This document shows, in pieces, positions 28,096-38,439 of a stretch of DNA of 64,000 nt; position 1 is the first letter of the stretch, and every line of letters starts with the position of its first letter. The DNA comes from an uncultured Candidatus Saccharibacteria bacterium (GTDB lineage: Bacteria; Patescibacteriota; Saccharimonadia; Saccharimonadales; JACDBH01), in the NCBI GenBank assembly GCA_965231105.1, contig OZ246417.1:164094-228093 (forward strand). The letters run 5' to 3'. A program made the translations under genes and the position numbers. The notes beneath the pieces were generated by a model, which did not search any database, had not been told where the DNA came from, and was given only the letters and a program-made list of their open reading frames with translations.

Positions 28096-31000
28096 ATATG
28101 TTTCCGTTAATTAAATCATCTTCAAATGTAGTAATGCCCGTCGCATCTAGAGAGTACGTTGTAATGTCCGGTAGGTTTAATTCTTGAATATGATTCCAGA
28201 CAGCATGCATCAAGTCTTCAAGCCGCTGGCGCTCTTTAGGATCAGAATCTAAGGGAAGATCATAATACACATCGCGTCTGCTCGGTTCAACAAAGGATAC
28301 CCTCAGTTCAAACTTTGTAATATCCTGAAACTTTGGGCTTAAGCGAAAGAGTAGTTCGTAGAATAATAACTGCTCTCGGAAACGGTGCAATTTTTGTTTG
28401 TAGTAATCTTCGGTTACTCGCCAAGAATTCAATGCTCGTCCCGTTTTAAAGTCGGTTATCAAAAGATGATCGCCTGATTTTAAGAAATGGTCAGTTGTGC
28501 CGGTGAGTTTAAGGTCTAGAAGCTTTATATTTTCTTTCGAGAAGCTGTACTCACTCACGCCGCCCGGTTTAATAACATCATTTTTATGTAAGTAATTAAT
28601 CATAACTTCAACAATATCAGTGACCTGGTCCTTCGTAAGGGGCGTAGGTTGTTCTTCGAGGTATGCTCGTACTTCTTCAGCCCCGGGCAATTTGCCTGTG
28701 TGATTAAGTATTTCCTGTACAAAACTAAGACACCTATGAATGTAGTTGCCGAACAAAGCTTCAGGATGAATGGGTGTCGGGATGCCTAAGAGAATGTGGG
28801 CTAAAAATGTTACCGGACCACCGTGTGGCACATCAACAAACATAGTGAGATGGGTAGGGCTCAAACGATATGTTTCAAGAATGTCTTTAAGTAAGGTTTT
28901 GAGGACCTGTTGTTCGGCTTTATTTTGTGGCATATACCAAGCCTGCCACACCTGTTCCTGGACAAGATCATACTTCTCTATGGTGGCCTTTTCATGTTCA
29001 ATCATGCGAAGGTTCTCTAGTCCTGGCAAAGGATCATTCAGTCTACCCCCGAGACTTGTATTACTGCGAATAAGACCTAGCTCTTGTTTGGCTCTTGTTA
29101 GTACTACGTACAGTAACCTTAATCGGTCGTCGGGGGTTTCGGTTGCGGGCTCAATCTTATTCCAGCCTTCCGGTAATGTCAGATTGTTACGACGTCCTTT
29201 TTCTTTAAACCACGTGTAATGATCGGCATGGAGTACATATACTTTATCGAATTCGAGTCCTTTTGATTTATGGGCAGTTAAAAGGAGTACTTGTGCTTCT
29301 CGATTGCCCTTCTCTACTTTTTGCGGCAAGGTAATTCCCGCCTGCACACAAAGCCTTACATACGTAAGGAGCTCATGAAGAGTAACATTTTCATGAGCAA
29401 GATACTTTGCGGCATGAGACACGAGTGCTTGAGATTTACGCGTCGCTCTGATTTTTAATTGTTCTGCGATGAATTTTAAAGAATCAAGACCACTACTAGG
29501 ATCTATACTCTCGGCGAGGGTTGTGAGGATTTGCGCGGCCTGCTTGGTATCGGCATTCTGATTTTCCATCATAGCCTGCCACCACGATTGCTTTGCGTGC
29601 CTTGCTGCTACTGCTATCTCCCACGCGCTTTTACGACTGACTTTTAAAGTCTCGGTTGCGAACAGCTCGGGCAGGACAAAATTTGTTGCCGTAAAGTCAT
29701 TGCGCTTAATTGCATCAGCTACCTGTGCAAGCAGAATCACTTTTGTGAGCTCAGGATCTTTTAATAGATCTTCCCTGCCTTCATAAAAATACTTTACGTT
29801 TGCAGCATCAAGGTAGTCGGCTAATTCTCGAAGATATTTATGCTTGGTGGCAATAATAGCGAGTTGGCTGCCTTTACGTATCGTCTGTGCGGTATGTACG
29901 GCATGCGCTAAGACTGCCTGCGGAGACGTCGTATTATGCAGTACGGGTTCGATCGCGGTGTAGCTGGTATTGGCACGCAGAGTCTTATCAATATCTTCGT
30001 AGTAATTTTCAAGCCGATTCTGTCCAGTTACTATTACTTGTCTTGCGGCATCTATAATCTTTTGCGTGGAACGGTAATTTTCTTTCAGGGTTATAGTTAC
30101 CACTTCGTGCCAGCGTTCACGAAAATGAAGCATAATATCGCCCATCGCACCTTGGAAACCATAAATTGCCTGATCATCATCCCCCACAACCATGACATTA
30201 GGTCTGCCTTCGTTCACATAGTTATCGGCAATAAGCGTAATTATCCGGGCCTGTGCAGCATTTGTGTCCTGGTATTCGTCTGCAACTATGTATTGAAACG
30301 TTTCTTGTACTTCTGCGAGTAATTCGCGGTTATGTTCAAGTTTATTCAATGCATAGAGAATCATGTCGTCATAATCAAATAATTTGCGTCTTTGCAGTTC
30401 TTGCTCGTAGGCTTGGTAGATCTCAGCAAGAGCCATTATTTTCTTTAGCTGGTCAGCAGGCTTAAAGTATAATGTTCCTCCCTCGCTCGAGAACCATTTT
30501 TTCTTAAAGGTGCTCATTGGCGCAGTTTTACTACTTGCTTCTGCCTCATCGGTGGCGATTCGCAAGTCTTCAATGCATGCCAGTGCTAAGCCATCGAGTT
30601 TTGCTGTATCGAGAAGTTCACGAAGCTGCCCTGTCATAGCTGTTAAAGACTTTGGGGATAATCGTCCAGCTTCGTTAAAAACTTTCGTAATCTTACGAGC
30701 AGTTGTTTTGCACCATTCTAAATCTATTTGTGCTCGCTCGAGGGCTTCCTTTGGTGTGATCCCGGCTTGCTTTAGCTGGCTGATGCGGTTTGAAACATCG
30801 GCTTGGTACGTAAACTGTCCGTATGCCATTTTGGCGAGAGGGTTGCTTCGTGGTAATTTTTCGAAGCATGCAAGCAGAGTCTCGTATAACGCAAGATCAT
30901 CGGCTGGTCGAAATCCCGCGAGCTCAGGAAAATGCTCGGAAAAGCGAGTGATTAAATACGTACCAAAACCGTGGAACGTATGGATCTCTACTTTTTTTGC

Positions 31001-31246
31001 CTGCCTTCCGATTAGTTGTTTTAGCCGTTGCTGCATTGCTGCTTGACCAGATTCGGTATAGGTTAAACACAAAATATTGCTGGGGTTAACATCGGTTTTG
31101 CGAAGAATGTTGGCAACTCGCACTGATAAGAGCTGTGTCTTGCCTGTGCCAGGTCCCGCAATGACAAGTACCGGACCATCAATAGTATCAACGGCCCGTT
31201 TTTGGGCGTCGTTTAATGAGCGATAGGCTTTGTTGAACTCCTCCAT
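28094..31246 (-). CDS. UvrD/PcrA-type superfamily 1 helicase fused to a C-terminal RecB-family (PD-(D/E)XK) nuclease
   Basis: N-terminus LNDAQKRAVD...AGPGTGKTQ. YIVADEYQDTN, VGDDDQAIYGFQGA and TAHKSKGLEFD motifs. C-terminal GTTDH...ITDFKTG...QLLFY forms a D/DxK/QxxxY nuclease signature. Confidence 0.85.
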   Translation of the reverse strand: MEEFNKAYRSLNDAQKRAVDTIDGPVLVIAGPGTGKTQLLSVRVANILRKTDVNPSNILCLTYTESGQAAMQQRLKQLIGRQAKKVEIHTFHGFGTYLITRFSEHFPELAGFRPADDLALYETLLACFEKLPRSNPLAKMAYGQFTYQADVSNRISQLKQAGITPKEALERAQIDLEWCKTTARKITKVFNEAGRLSPKSLTAMTGQLRELLDTAKLDGLALACIEDLRIATDEAEASSKTAPMSTFKKKWFSSEGGTLYFKPADQLKKIMALAEIYQAYEQELQRRKLFDYDDMILYALNKLEHNRELLAEVQETFQYIVADEYQDTNAAQARIITLIADNYVNEGRPNVMVVGDDDQAIYGFQGAMGDIMLHFRERWHEVVTITLKENYRSTQKIIDAARQVIVTGQNRLENYYEDIDKTLRANTSYTAIEPVLHNTTSPQAVLAHAVHTAQTIRKGSQLAIIATKHKYLRELADYLDAANVKYFYEGREDLLKDPELTKVILLAQVADAIKRNDFTATNFVLPELFATETLKVSRKSAWEIAVAARHAKQSWWQAMMENQNADTKQAAQILTTLAESIDPSSGLDSLKFIAEQLKIRATRKSQALVSHAAKYLAHENVTLHELLTYVRLCVQAGITLPQKVEKGNREAQVLLLTAHKSKGLEFDKVYVLHADHYTWFKEKGRRNNLTLPEGWNKIEPATETPDDRLRLLYVVLTRAKQELGLIRSNTSLGGRLNDPLPGLENLRMIEHEKATIEKYDLVQEQVWQAWYMPQNKAEQQVLKTLLKDILETYRLSPTHLTMFVDVPHGGPVTFLAHILLGIPTPIHPEALFGNYIHRCLSFVQEILNHTGKLPGAEEVRAYLEEQPTPLTKDQVTDIVEVMINYLHKNDVIKPGGVSEYSFSKENIKLLDLKLTGTTDHFLKSGDHLLITDFKTGRALNSWRVTEDYYKQKLHRFREQLLFYELLFRLSPKFQDITKFELRVSFVEPSRRDVYYDLPLDSDPKERQRLEDLMHAVWNHIQELNLPDITTYSLDATGITTFEDDLINGNI

Positions 31247-31268
31247 TCATGTATTATTTTACTCTGTT

Positions 31269-32255
31269 ATGAAGAGAGAGTATACGCTTAAGGATTTTGA
31301 CTTTGTTTTGCCCGAAAGTCTGATCGCTCAAAAACCGGCTCATCCACGTGACCAGGCGCGGCTGCTTGTCTATGACCGCACGAGTAAAACTATTACGGAT
31401 GATCATTTTTATAACTTAGAAAAATATTTGCCTTCTCACTCAACGCTGGTATTGAATGACAGTAAGGTAGAAAAGTGTCGTCTGCAGTTTGGTAATAATG
31501 AAGTTTTTGTGACTGAGACAATCAACCCTACTACGATTCGTGCGCTTGTACGCCCAGGCAAGAAATTTAAATTAGGTACAACCGAGATATTGGGCTTTCG
31601 CTTTACCGTCACTGATGTGGCAGAAGATGGTATTCGTACAATCACCCTAGATCGGCCAATTGATAATGCCAGTTTTGATCCGCATCGTCTCACGCCGTTA
31701 CCACCTTACATTGCCCAGGATGAAACCTTAGCCAATGAGTACCAGACTGTATATGCAAAGCCATTGGGCAGCAAGGCTGCGCCAACAGCGGGGTTGCACT
31801 TTACATCCAATCAACTCGCTATGCTTGAAAAGCAGCACGATATTGTTCGTCTCACCCTTCATGTGGGCCTAGGAACCTTCGCACCTGTTAAATCAGAAAA
31901 CCTCAAAGAACATATCATGCATGAGGAGCGTTTTACAATTAGTGGTGAGGCGGCCAATAAACTTAATAAGGCTCAGCATATTACTGCCGTGGGCACAACG
32001 AGCGTTCGAACATTAGAAAGCGCAGAACATCCCTTTAAAGAGCAAGACAGTGCAACGAGTATTTTTATCACTCCAGGCTATGAATTTAAGAAAGTTGATG
32101 CGCTCATTACTAATTTTCACTTACCAAAAAGCACATTACTCATGCTAGTATCCGCCTTTATTGGATCTGTTGATGAGTTGCATCGTCTATATGCGCATGC
32201 TATCGCCGAAGAGTATCGTTTCTATTCGTTTGGTGATGCTGTGCTTATTTTATAG
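31269..32255 (+). CDS. queA: S-adenosylmethionine:tRNA ribosyltransferase-isomerase
   Basis: DFDFVLPESLIAQKPA, APTAGLHFT, LTLHVGLGTF, AVGTTSVRTLES and NFHLPKSTLLML motifs. Confidence 0.92.
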   Translation: MKREYTLKDFDFVLPESLIAQKPAHPRDQARLLVYDRTSKTITDDHFYNLEKYLPSHSTLVLNDSKVEKCRLQFGNNEVFVTETINPTTIRALVRPGKKFKLGTTEILGFRFTVTDVAEDGIRTITLDRPIDNASFDPHRLTPLPPYIAQDETLANEYQTVYAKPLGSKAAPTAGLHFTSNQLAMLEKQHDIVRLTLHVGLGTFAPVKSENLKEHIMHEERFTISGEAANKLNKAQHITAVGTTSVRTLESAEHPFKEQDSATSIFITPGYEFKKVDALITNFHLPKSTLLMLVSAFIGSVDELHRLYAHAIAEEYRFYSFGDAVLIL

Positions 32256-32332
32256 TAAGTGAGCCATAAAACCCCTTGCAGCGGGCGTAATGCAGCGGTA
32301 TGCTGAACATAATATTTAACGGAGAATAAGAT

Positions 32333-32839
32333 ATGGATCTTATTAGAAAAGCGGAATCGGCACTTGCCGGTGTGTTTAAGAGTGCACCAAATATATCAGC
32401 AAGTGGAAAAGAGTCGTTAGCAAAAGCTTGGCCATGGCTGGCAGTAATCTTTGGTGTATTGCAGCTCTGGGCAGCATGGGTGCTGTGGGATCTCTTGCGT
32501 GTTGCAGATCGTGTTACGACCATTTTCGGCACATACATTAATAGTGGTTTTTCGGTCTATAGTGGTAAGGATAAATTCTTTATATATCTCTCGATCATCA
32601 GCTTGGTTGTTGACGCGGTCTTACTCCTCGTAGCTTATCCAAAGCTTGTAAAGCGACAAAAAGCTGGGTGGGATCTCATCTTCATTGCAGCGCTCATAAA
32701 TGCGGTATATGGCGTCCTTAACCTCTTCATTTACGGTCGTGGTTTTGGTAGCCTTATAGCTTCTTTAGCTGGTTCAGTCGTGGGTTTCTATCTGCTCTTC
32801 CAAGTTCGTGAGAAATATAATCACGCAGCAAAAAAGTAG
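32333..32839 (+). CDS. Hypothetical membrane protein (168 aa, about 4 TM)
   Basis: ORF with an amphipathic N-terminus followed by hydrophobic segments. No family name assigned. Confidence 0.5.
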   Translation: MDLIRKAESALAGVFKSAPNISASGKESLAKAWPWLAVIFGVLQLWAAWVLWDLLRVADRVTTIFGTYINSGFSVYSGKDKFFIYLSIISLVVDAVLLLVAYPKLVKRQKAGWDLIFIAALINAVYGVLNLFIYGRGFGSLIASLAGSVVGFYLLFQVREKYNHAAKK

Positions 32840-32855
32840 CAGCTGAAAGAACTAT

Positions 32856-32887
32856 AAAAAGACCGGCTCTTGGTGGCCGGTTTTTTT
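32856..32887. terminator. Bidirectional rho-independent terminator
   Basis: ACCGGC (32862-32867) pairs with GCCGGT (32876-32881), with an A5 run upstream and a T7 run downstream. It sits between convergent genes. Confidence 0.65.
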
Positions 32888-34079
32888 ATTGATTCTCTTT
32901 AGCGCCCATACAAATAGGACAGTTGTCTTCGGAATCCAAAGTATCTAATAGGTGTCCGGTGGCTTTCCACCATGGTTCTAGATCTTTATATCCAATCCAG
33001 TCTGCAGCCTGTCGGAGCAACCAGCCCATCCAGCCATAAATAGTTACCTTACCCCATACGACTGCAGCCCATCTTTTGCCTGCCGGAGTAATATAAATAG
33101 GCCGTTTTGGCTTGTACGCATACGGCTTTTTACCCTTCTCATGTCTTAGAAGATTCTCCACCACAAAATGGGCATTATGGAGTGCGGTTTGAGCCATACC
33201 GGAGTATGGCGTATCGGCATTGTCTCCTATCACAAAAATTCCTGGCCATGCCTGGAGGAGTTTATCTACCTGCACTTTTCCGTTCGGTGCCAATTGAAAA
33301 TTATTGTTTGCAAAAAACGGATTGTTGGCGACACCAGCAGTCCATATCACGGTCCGGGTACGGATACTCTTGCCACCTACTAAAAGTGCATGTGCTGTCT
33401 CTGCTTGCACCGGCAGGCCAAGGTGTAATTTAACGCCGAGATGACGTAGTCTCTTGGCGATTGATCGCGAGACTCTTTTAGGCATGCGAGGCATTAAACG
33501 AGGCGCTGCCTCTACGAGATCAATACGAACATTTCGTTTTCGGATGCCGTGTTGCTTCATGATTTTACGCATATAAAATGGCAACGCTCCTGCCAACTCG
33601 ATACCAGTTGGACCGCCACCAATAATGACATAACTTAAGTCTGGCTTACCTGTATCAATCAGCTGCTGATGGAGATGGGCCTTCAACTCTTCTGCCTCGG
33701 CAATTGACTTAATGCCAAACGAGTATTCCTTCAAGCCTTTGATGCCGAAGTAATTGGTGATGCTGCCGAGCGCAAGAATAAGTACGTCGTAGCGAATGCG
33801 TTCACCTGAAGCAGTGATGAGGACTTTGTTTGCTCGGTCAATTTTCTCAGCTCGATCAACACCAATCGTTATATTCTTTTGCTCAAAGATTTCAACCAGC
33901 GGAATTTCAGATACTTCGCGCGATCCACCCGTAGCGGTGTGATACAACGTGGGATGGTAATGGAATGAATAGCGATCCGAGATAAGCATTACATCGAATG
34001 CGTCATGATCGGCCAATTCTAAGGCAGATTTAACACCACCAAAGCCTCCGCCCACAATCACGACTTTCTTTTTTCGCAT
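32886..34079 (-). CDS. ndh: Type II NADH dehydrogenase (NDH-2)
   Basis: KKVVIVGGGFGGV and YVIIGGGPTGIELAG dinucleotide folds, plus IFVIGDNA. SD GAAGGAAAGG. Confidence 0.85.
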   Translation of the reverse strand: MRKKKVVIVGGGFGGVKSALELADHDAFDVMLISDRYSFHYHPTLYHTATGGSREVSEIPLVEIFEQKNITIGVDRAEKIDRANKVLITASGERIRYDVLILALGSITNYFGIKGLKEYSFGIKSIAEAEELKAHLHQQLIDTGKPDLSYVIIGGGPTGIELAGALPFYMRKIMKQHGIRKRNVRIDLVEAAPRLMPRMPKRVSRSIAKRLRHLGVKLHLGLPVQAETAHALLVGGKSIRTRTVIWTAGVANNPFFANNNFQLAPNGKVQVDKLLQAWPGIFVIGDNADTPYSGMAQTALHNAHFVVENLLRHEKGKKPYAYKPKRPIYITPAGKRWAAVVWGKVTIYGWMGWLLRQAADWIGYKDLEPWWKATGHLLDTLDSEDNCPICMGAKENQ

Positions 34080-34174
34080 GAATGCCTTTCCTTCACGCTA
34101 AGTATACAGATTTGTTTAAAAAAGCATAAGTATCTTGCACGCGCTCCCGAATACCTTTAAGCTAACAGGTAACT

Positions 34175-35830
34175 ATGGAAGACATTATTGCCCTGCTCAA
34201 GGGTGCTGGGTTTAAAGGGGGCATTGATAGCAGTGATAATACCCGCAGCGCCTATAGCCATGACGCTTCCCTTTTTGAAATAAAGCCAGAACTCGTCGTC
34301 TTTCCAAAGAACAGTACCGATGTGAAGAAACTCGTGCGACTCGTTGCGGCACGAAAACCAAAGCAACAAAAACTCAGCCTTACGGCTCGAAGTGCCGGTA
34401 CGGACATGTCTGGAGGTGCTATTAACGACTCCATTATCGTTGACTTTAATAAGCACTTTACCGAGATAGAAAAAGTAACGGGCAGTAGTGCGACAGTACA
34501 GCCCGGTGTCTTTTATAGGGACTTTGAAAAAGCAACTCTTAAACATGGTGCCTTGCTGCCGCCCTATCCTGCTTCACGCGATCTCTGCACAATAGGCGGG
34601 ATGGTTAATAACAACTCGGGTGGTGAAAAGTCCCTGCAATATGGCAAGACTGATAATTTTGTTACCGAACTTAAAGTAGTGCTCGCAGATGGTAACGAAT
34701 ATACGGTAAAGCCGCTAAATAAGGCTGAACTTGTACGCAAGATGTCGCAAAAGAATTTTGAAGGTAAAGTTTACCGCGAAACCTTTGAGCTGCTTGAAAA
34801 GCACTACGACGTTATTAAAGCGGCTAAGCCAAATGTGACGAAGGATTCTACGGGCTACCACTTATGGAATGTATGGGACCGTGAAACCGGTATATTTGAT
34901 CTCACAAAACTATTTGTAGGAGCTCAGGGTACGCTTGGCTTCACGACTGAAGCCAAATTCCGTCTAGTCCCAGCCCCACAGCACTCCGGTACGCTGGTTA
35001 TTTTCCTTCGAGATATTAAGAGCCTAGGAAAAATTATCAATAAGGTGCTTACCCATCAACCGGCTACGTTTGAAGGTTTTGATAACTACACATTGATGCT
35101 GAGTTTTAAGTTATTTTTCTCTTTTCATAAACTTATTGGCTGGAAGGAAACAATTAAACTTGCGTTTCAACTGCTTCCGAATGCCTTAATGTTGCTTCGC
35201 GGTATTCCTAAAATGGTGTTGCTCGTAGAGTTCAATGGCCAGACTCCAGAAGAAGTCGCAGATAAAGTGCGTAACATGCGTCTTGATCTTAAAGAATTTA
35301 GACAAAAAATGTTGTTTGAAGAAGACGAGACCGAAGCCAAGGCGCGTAAGTTCTGGATTATGCGCCGGGCAAGCTTTCAGCTACTTCGAAGCAAAGTAAA
35401 AGACAAGCATACCGCTCCCTATATTGATGATCTTGTCGTTAACCCTGAACATTTGCCGCAATTCTTGCCGAAACTTCGTAAGATCATTAAGAAGTATAAG
35501 CTTCTTGCAACGATTGCGGGTCACATGGGTGACGGAAACTTTCATATCATTCCCCTCATGGAACTTGAGCAAGAAGATGAGCGCAAGAAACTAAAGCCGA
35601 GCATGAAAGAAGTAAACGAGCTTGTGCTGAAATACAAAGGCAGTTTAAGTGGTGAACATAATGATGGTTTGGTGCGTGGACCGTGGTTGGATGAGATGTA
35701 CGGCAGAAAAGTTGTAAAGCTGTTTAAAGAAACAAAGAAGATTTTCGATCCAGATAACATTTTCAATCCACATAAGAAAGCAGACGCAACATGGGACTAT
35801 AGTTTCTCTCATGTGCGAGAACGTTTCTAA
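34175..35830 (+). CDS. FAD-linked oxidase (GlcD / D-lactate dehydrogenase-like)
   Basis: ARSAGTDMSGGAIN, CTIGGMVNNNSGG, GAQGTLGFTTEAKF and GSLSGEHNDG follow the FAD_binding_4 plus FAD-oxidase_C pattern. Confidence 0.75.
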   Translation: MEDIIALLKGAGFKGGIDSSDNTRSAYSHDASLFEIKPELVVFPKNSTDVKKLVRLVAARKPKQQKLSLTARSAGTDMSGGAINDSIIVDFNKHFTEIEKVTGSSATVQPGVFYRDFEKATLKHGALLPPYPASRDLCTIGGMVNNNSGGEKSLQYGKTDNFVTELKVVLADGNEYTVKPLNKAELVRKMSQKNFEGKVYRETFELLEKHYDVIKAAKPNVTKDSTGYHLWNVWDRETGIFDLTKLFVGAQGTLGFTTEAKFRLVPAPQHSGTLVIFLRDIKSLGKIINKVLTHQPATFEGFDNYTLMLSFKLFFSFHKLIGWKETIKLAFQLLPNALMLLRGIPKMVLLVEFNGQTPEEVADKVRNMRLDLKEFRQKMLFEEDETEAKARKFWIMRRASFQLLRSKVKDKHTAPYIDDLVVNPEHLPQFLPKLRKIIKKYKLLATIAGHMGDGNFHIIPLMELEQEDERKKLKPSMKEVNELVLKYKGSLSGEHNDGLVRGPWLDEMYGRKVVKLFKETKKIFDPDNIFNPHKKADATWDYSFSHVRERF

Positions 35831-35837
35831 AATAGCT

Positions 35838-35865
35838 TTTGCAAACTAATCACCTCTTGTACAAT
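35838..35865 (+). promoter_or_regulatory. Promoter candidate: -35 TTTGCA / -10 TACAAT
   Basis: TTTGCA at 35838-35843, 16-nt spacer, TACAAT at 35860-35865. A TAGGAG SD precedes the ATG at 35887. Confidence 0.45.
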
Positions 35866-35886
35866 AGATCGAAATAGGAGAACTGC

Positions 35887-36858
35887 ATGGCGGATACAAT
35901 TGTTGTTAAAAACCTTCATAAATCATATGGAAAACTAAAAGTTCTGAAAGGGCTTAGTTTTACTGTCCCTCAGGGATCAATCTTAGCTCTTTTAGGACCA
36001 AATGGTGCCGGTAAGACCACTACCGTTCGCATTTTGAGTACTCTGCTTCTTGCAGACAAAGGCCAGGCCAGCATTGATGGCAATGATGTTACGACCGAAC
36101 CTGATAAGGTTCACAGCAGCATTGGTTTAACTGGTCAGTACGCGGCCGTTGATGAGTACTTAACTGGCGAAGAAAACTTGCTTTTAATGGGCCGGCTCTA
36201 CCGCATGAGCAAAAAAGATGCGCAGAGTCGTACAAAAGAACTGCTGAAAGAATTTGACCTCGTTGAGGCTTCTACTCGCCCTGTAAAAACCTACTCAGGC
36301 GGTATGAAGCGTCGTATCGACCTTGCCATGAGTCTTATCGCTTCACCATCGGTTATTTTCTTAGATGAACCGACAACCGGTCTTGATCCCCGCTCTCGTA
36401 TGACCATGTGGGAAATCATTAAACGTCTCGCGAAGAATGGTACGACCATCTTACTGACGACCCAGTATATGGAAGAGGCAGATAATCTTGCGGACAATAT
36501 TATTGTGATTGATGGCGGCAAAGTGATCGCTGAAGGAACGGCCGATCAGCTCAAGGCTAAGGTAGCAGCTGACCGAGTAGAGGTGACGATTGCTTCAAAG
36601 AGCAACTTTGAAAAGGCCAAAGATGCGCTGAAGAGCAAGTCTATGCAGGCCGATCCAGACAACCGCACCATTAGCGTGACGAGCAAAGGTGGCGTTTCGA
36701 CATTAAAGAAGACTCTTGCAGATCTTGAGGCTGCGGGTATCCAGGTAGACAATGTTTCTCTTCATCGTCCAACGCTTGACGACGTGTTCCTCACCTTAAC
36801 CGGGCACACAACCACAACCGATGCTGCTGAAGCTGAAACCAAGAAAGGGATGAAATAA
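35887..36858 (+). CDS. ABC transporter ATP-binding protein (DrrA-like)
   Basis: GPNGAGKTTT Walker A, YSGGMKRRIDLA signature and IFLDEPTTGLD Walker B. Confidence 0.9.
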   Translation: MADTIVVKNLHKSYGKLKVLKGLSFTVPQGSILALLGPNGAGKTTTVRILSTLLLADKGQASIDGNDVTTEPDKVHSSIGLTGQYAAVDEYLTGEENLLLMGRLYRMSKKDAQSRTKELLKEFDLVEASTRPVKTYSGGMKRRIDLAMSLIASPSVIFLDEPTTGLDPRSRMTMWEIIKRLAKNGTTILLTTQYMEEADNLADNIIVIDGGKVIAEGTADQLKAKVAADRVEVTIASKSNFEKAKDALKSKSMQADPDNRTISVTSKGGVSTLKKTLADLEAAGIQVDNVSLHRPTLDDVFLTLTGHTTTTDAAEAETKKGMK

Positions 36859-36859
36859 T

Positions 36860-37660
36860 ATGGCCAAGTCTGAAACATTACGCAAACCAAGCAATTCATT
36901 TCTGTGGGTGATCAATGACTACTGGGAGTTAACTCGCCGGAGTATCCGACACATTATTCGTTCGCTTGATCAGCTTATGTCGCTCGTTATGTTCCCTATC
37001 ATGTTTATGTTGCTTAACCGCTACGTATTTGGTGGTGCTATTAAGACGGGTGACATTAGTTATGCGAACTACCTATTTGCGGGTATCTTCGTCCAGACCC
37101 TTGCGTTTGGCGCGAACTACACCACCATCAACTTGGCAGTGGACATGAAAGAAGGCATTGTAGATCGTTTCCGCTCACTGCCAATGGCAAGCAGTGCCCT
37201 CCTGGTCGGACACGTTATTGCCGATATGTTCCGTAACATTATTTCTGGCATCATTATCGTCGCCATGGGCTTCTTAGTAGGCTTTAGGCCTGATGCAAGC
37301 GCGAGTGAATGGGGTGTAGTGGTGCTTCTCGCACTTATCTTTACCCTGGCAATCTCCTGGCTATCTGCCATCCTCGGTCTGATCGTGAAGAGTCTTGAAG
37401 CTGCGCAGTGGATTGGCTTTGTGCTTATCTTCCCGCTTACCTTCGTATCGAGCGCATTTGTACCAACCGATACAATGCCGCATGCACTCCGTGTCTTTGC
37501 CGAGAATCAGCCTCTCACCCACACCATTAACGCAATGCGTTCGTGGCTCGTTGGTACGCCTATGAATGGCGCTGCAACCAAAGCCTTTATATGGAACATC
37601 GCTATTATTGCGATAGCTGCTCCGCTTGCTGTTTGGATGTTCCGTCGCAAAAACCGCTAA
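36860..37660 (+). CDS. ABC-2 type exporter permease (DrrB-like)
   Basis: Six hydrophobic segments. It starts 1 nt after the ATPase stop. Confidence 0.8.
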   Translation: MAKSETLRKPSNSFLWVINDYWELTRRSIRHIIRSLDQLMSLVMFPIMFMLLNRYVFGGAIKTGDISYANYLFAGIFVQTLAFGANYTTINLAVDMKEGIVDRFRSLPMASSALLVGHVIADMFRNIISGIIIVAMGFLVGFRPDASASEWGVVVLLALIFTLAISWLSAILGLIVKSLEAAQWIGFVLIFPLTFVSSAFVPTDTMPHALRVFAENQPLTHTINAMRSWLVGTPMNGAATKAFIWNIAIIAIAAPLAVWMFRRKNR

Positions 37661-37711
37661 CAGCTAGTTTTAACAGAGACGAACTGATATAATTGCCTTG
37701 CTTTGATATAG

Positions 37712-37786
37712 TAGGGCGTCGCCAAGTGGTAAGGCACCAGGTTTTGGTCCTGGCATTCGGGGGTTCGAATCCCTCCGCCCTAGCCA
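37712..37786 (+). tRNA. tRNA-Gln (anticodon UUG), CCA encoded
   Basis: Acceptor TAGGGCG pairs with CGCCCTA (U1:A72). Anticodon stem CCAGG/CCTGG with loop TTTTGGT. T-arm GGGGG-TTCGAAT-CCCTC. Confidence 0.9.
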
Positions 37787-37800
37787 GTTTTTGCAGATTT

Positions 37801-38394
37801 TTAGATCGTTATATCTCGGACGCTAAATGGTTCAACGGTCATTACGTTTCTAGGTACCGAATCGGTTATTGCAATACGGCCCCCAAGAACTTTCTTTACG
37901 ACTGTAAATCTATTATTAAACCTTGAAGGCTGGTCTAGTTCCTTGCCCACGTAGTCGTACATGTCAGTTACAGGAATCCACTTTTCTGTCTGGGATAGGT
38001 GCCTAGCAATTGCAAAAGTCTGCTCAATAGCAGTCGTTGCAGCGGATTTATAAACCGGTAATCTTTTTCTTTTTACGAGGTTACCACCAAATTTATGTAC
38101 AACCACTCCGAGGGAGTTAAAGATAGTCAAGTTGTCGAAATCGAAATCAAGGATATCACTGCCAGGAGCGCTTTCTGATTCAAGCTCAAAAGCTGGTAGC
38201 CCAACCTTTTCACGGAGAGCCTGAAGGAGTTCTATTTGTTCTCGGCGGCCTTCCCCGCTGAGAAGACGCGGACTTCTCAAGTAGTCGTCTATAGTAGCGC
38301 GAGCTCCTTCGGCGACAATTTCACCGGAAGGATTTGTAGAAAGCTGGCCAAGTACTGCGAGTCCTGATTTAAAAATATCCTGTTCTGAAGACAT
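37801..38394 (-). CDS. Hypothetical protein (197 aa)
   Basis: ORF trimmed to ATG 38394 (MSSEQDIF). No family recognised. Confidence 0.45.
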   Translation of the reverse strand: MSSEQDIFKSGLAVLGQLSTNPSGEIVAEGARATIDDYLRSPRLLSGEGRREQIELLQALREKVGLPAFELESESAPGSDILDFDFDNLTIFNSLGVVVHKFGGNLVKRKRLPVYKSAATTAIEQTFAIARHLSQTEKWIPVTDMYDYVGKELDQPSRFNNRFTVVKKVLGGRIAITDSVPRNVMTVEPFSVRDITI

Positions 38395-38439
38395 GGGGTT
38401 ATTATAAAATAATAATATCAAAAGTAAAATGGACCCGAG

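Noticed and set aside
32245-32538. 97-aa minus-strand ORF overlapping the queA end and the 32333 membrane-protein gene
   Set aside because: It is antisense to a better-supported gene, has an unusual composition and has no SD. Treated as a shadow ORF.
37661-38421. Possible genomic island or integrated element at tRNA-Gln (and likewise at tRNA-Leu)
   Set aside because: By eye I found no integrase, recombinase, transposase or direct repeat of the tRNA 3' end. The flanking orphan genes alone are insufficient evidence.
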